Source: the human T2T-CHM13v2.0 reference genome, Homo sapiens
Strand: one strand, 5' to 3'
DNA length: 64,000 nucleotides
Assembly: GCF_009914755.1 (NCBI RefSeq)
Contig: NC_060927.1
Positions 63,581 through 64,000 of this stretch are shown here, in pieces. A program made the translations under genes and the position numbers. Each line of letters begins with the position of its first letter. The stretch's first letter is position 1. Under the pieces are notes generated by a model. That model ran no database searches and was not told the DNA's origin. It saw nothing but the letters and a program-made list of their open reading frames with translations.

Positions 63581-63923
63581 CAGTTGTGCATTGCTTGATG
63601 GTGAAGCACCATCCTGAGTACATCAGGGTACATCCTGAGAAATGTGTCATTAGGCAGTTTTGTCACTGTGCAAATATCCACAAAGTGTACTTACACAAAC
63701 CTATGATGATATAGCCTACTACACAACTGGATGTATAGTTTAGACTATTGTTCCTAGGCTGCAGCAAGTTACTGTACTGAATACTGTAAGAAATTGTCAC
63801 ACAACAGAAGGCATTTGTGTATCCAGACATAGAAAATGTACAGTAAACATATATAATCTTATGGGACCACTGTTGCATAAGCAGTCTGTAGTTAACTGGA
63901 ATTTTTATGCAGTGCATTACTAT
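63581..63923. mobile_element. Tigger3a (MER7-type) DNA transposon
   Basis: TA-flanked CAGTTGTGCATTGCT...GAGAAATGTGTCATTAGGC...TATGGGACCAC...ATGCAGTGCATTAC. Confidence 0.8.
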
Positions 63924-64000
63924 ATTTAAAATTATGTGATAGGAAAATATATTGTATTTATATTGGTGACATACTTATAGGAAGAGCTAATAATTGCCAT

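Overview
Human (or very close hominid) genomic DNA. The only protein-coding gene is TM4SF1 (L6 antigen), on the minus strand: five coding exons at 42303-42127, 40525-40436, 40344-40199, 36623-36443 and 34636-34622 splice through canonical GT-AG junctions into the 202-aa protein MCYGKC...QQQYDC. From recall this is the 3q25.1 TM4SF18/TM4SF1 locus, with the divergent lncRNA TM4SF1-AS1 starting near the promoter; its exons cannot be derived from sequence alone. The window also holds a full-length processed RPS25 pseudogene and many interspersed repeats (Alu, L1, L2, MIR, MaLR/ERV LTRs, MER DNA transposons). I found no evidence of a new gene system. The most unusual signals are retrotransposon and template-switch scars: a 5'-truncated SVA without a target-site duplication (TSD) that appears to have removed the end of a THE1 LTR about 2.4 kb upstream of TM4SF1; a nearly orphan L1 3' transduction with its own AATAAA and poly(A), lying between two inverted ~150-bp copies; a second short transduction; and a perfect 20-bp hairpin built inside an AluY. 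Repeat subfamily names come from memory of consensus sequences, and many repeat boundaries are approximate.
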